Source: the human T2T-CHM13v2.0 reference genome, Homo sapiens. Taken from it: a DNA stretch of 64,000 bases. The stretch is taken from the NCBI RefSeq assembly GCF_009914755.1, contig NC_060926.1; one strand, 5' to 3'. Below the pieces are notes generated by a model. That model was not told the origin of the DNA. It worked only from the letters and a program-made list of their open reading frames with translations, and did not search any database. This document shows positions 62,767 to 64,000 of the stretch, piece after piece. The stretch's first letter is position 1. The number at the start of each line of letters is the position of its first letter. The translations under genes were made by a program, and so were the position numbers.

Positions 62767-64000
62767 TCTCCTCATTATTTTTATTTATTATTATTTTTTG
62801 CTTATTATTTTTAAATTTTATACTTGTACCTAGGAATTGATTTTTCCTTATCTCTTGTTAGCTCTTTATAAGTCCTTTCAAATAAGGTCATTTTTTTGGA
62901 AATGTATCTCCATTATTTCTTCAAGTATTTCCTCCACTCTATTTTTACTTCTTATGCCATCTGAATTTATTGCTCAGGTGTTCGCACTTTTATGTTTATC
63001 ATCCACATTTCCAAGCTTTTCTTCTCTATTTCTTATGTTTTAGTCTTATTGTGAGACCACCACAATCATGTGTTCATATATTCTTTCTTCAACTATATCC
63101 ATTCTATTTCATTTGTCAAATTTGATTAATTTCCATTTATCAAATTCTTTGTTTTAGCTATTTTATTTTTCCTACCTAATATTTTCACTTAGTTTGTTTT
63201 AATGATATCTTGTTCTTGCTGCATATTGCTAACATTTTCTCTTGTCTCCTATTTAAGGAGCATTATTAGATTTTGGGACCTTCTGCTTCAACATGTGTGA
63301 TCAGATGATACGTGCTGCTTGTGTAGACTTTTCCTCCTCAACTGTCCAGTTATTTGGCTGTGGGCTCATTTTCCTTTGGGAAAATGTTTGGTCATACGTA
63401 CTGGGAGGGGCCAAGGCCAGCCTCATCTATGTTGGTTCCGGCCATGTGAGGACTGAGAATCCAGGGATCACAGACCCCTTAGTGAATCCCTGTCTGAGGC
63501 CAATCCACTAATCACTCCTTTGGCTGGAGTTTTCACTTTTAAACCCTTAGGAGGAAATAAGATAATCTATAGTACTGGCAATTTGGTTGGAAGCACGGTG
63601 AAGGAACTACCTGAGGGCTGTCTGTGACTATTTTTGTGAATTCTCTCCCATGCCCCCCGCAGAGTTTGTGTTGCTGATATCAGTGGACAATGCTCCGGGC
63701 ACTGTTAACTGTCATGCTGAAGGAGTCAGGCTGATGACTATCTCTCTCAAGGCAACTTGAAGGAACAGAGCAGAATGTAAAGGCTGCCCAACCAGTTCTT
63801 CATGATGCCCAGGCTACACCCCCACACTAATTTCAGTAGTCTTCAGTCTCGGAGAGGGTAGTGAGAAATTCCCTAATTTCCCCGCTTAGTGTTAGTGTAT
63901 CTCTCTCCTGTCCTTCCACTATCTGTTTAGGGTTGATTTTGAAGATCTTTGCAGGGATTCTCTACCATGTAGTATCTTATTTATGTATTTATATAGAATG

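Overview
This is primate (most likely human) euchromatic DNA with no intact recognisable protein-coding gene. The main feature is an unprocessed, 4-exon, minus-strand copy of PLAC9 (about 28.5-39.95 kb), most consistent with the segmental-duplication pseudogene PLAC9P1. All of its splice sites, its CpG island and its polyA signal are intact, but exon 2 carries a premature TGA at codon 30. Skipping exon 2 would bypass the stop and give an open 85-aa reading frame: the PLAC9 signal peptide followed by a new-frame C-terminus ending in the last exon. Inverted Alus bracket exon 2. A decayed RPL22 processed pseudogene lies about 5.5 kb upstream. The left 22 kb is GC-rich and Alu-poor, with an old L1, an MLT2 LTR and two minisatellites: a 35-bp G4/PRDM9-motif array and a ~29-bp CACAGTGACAGAC array. 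The right 40 kb is Alu-dense with nested L1, MER44 and Charlie fragments and a young AluYd-type insertion. Repeat subfamily names and gene identities are from recall of consensus sequences, not database searches, and repeat boundaries are approximate.
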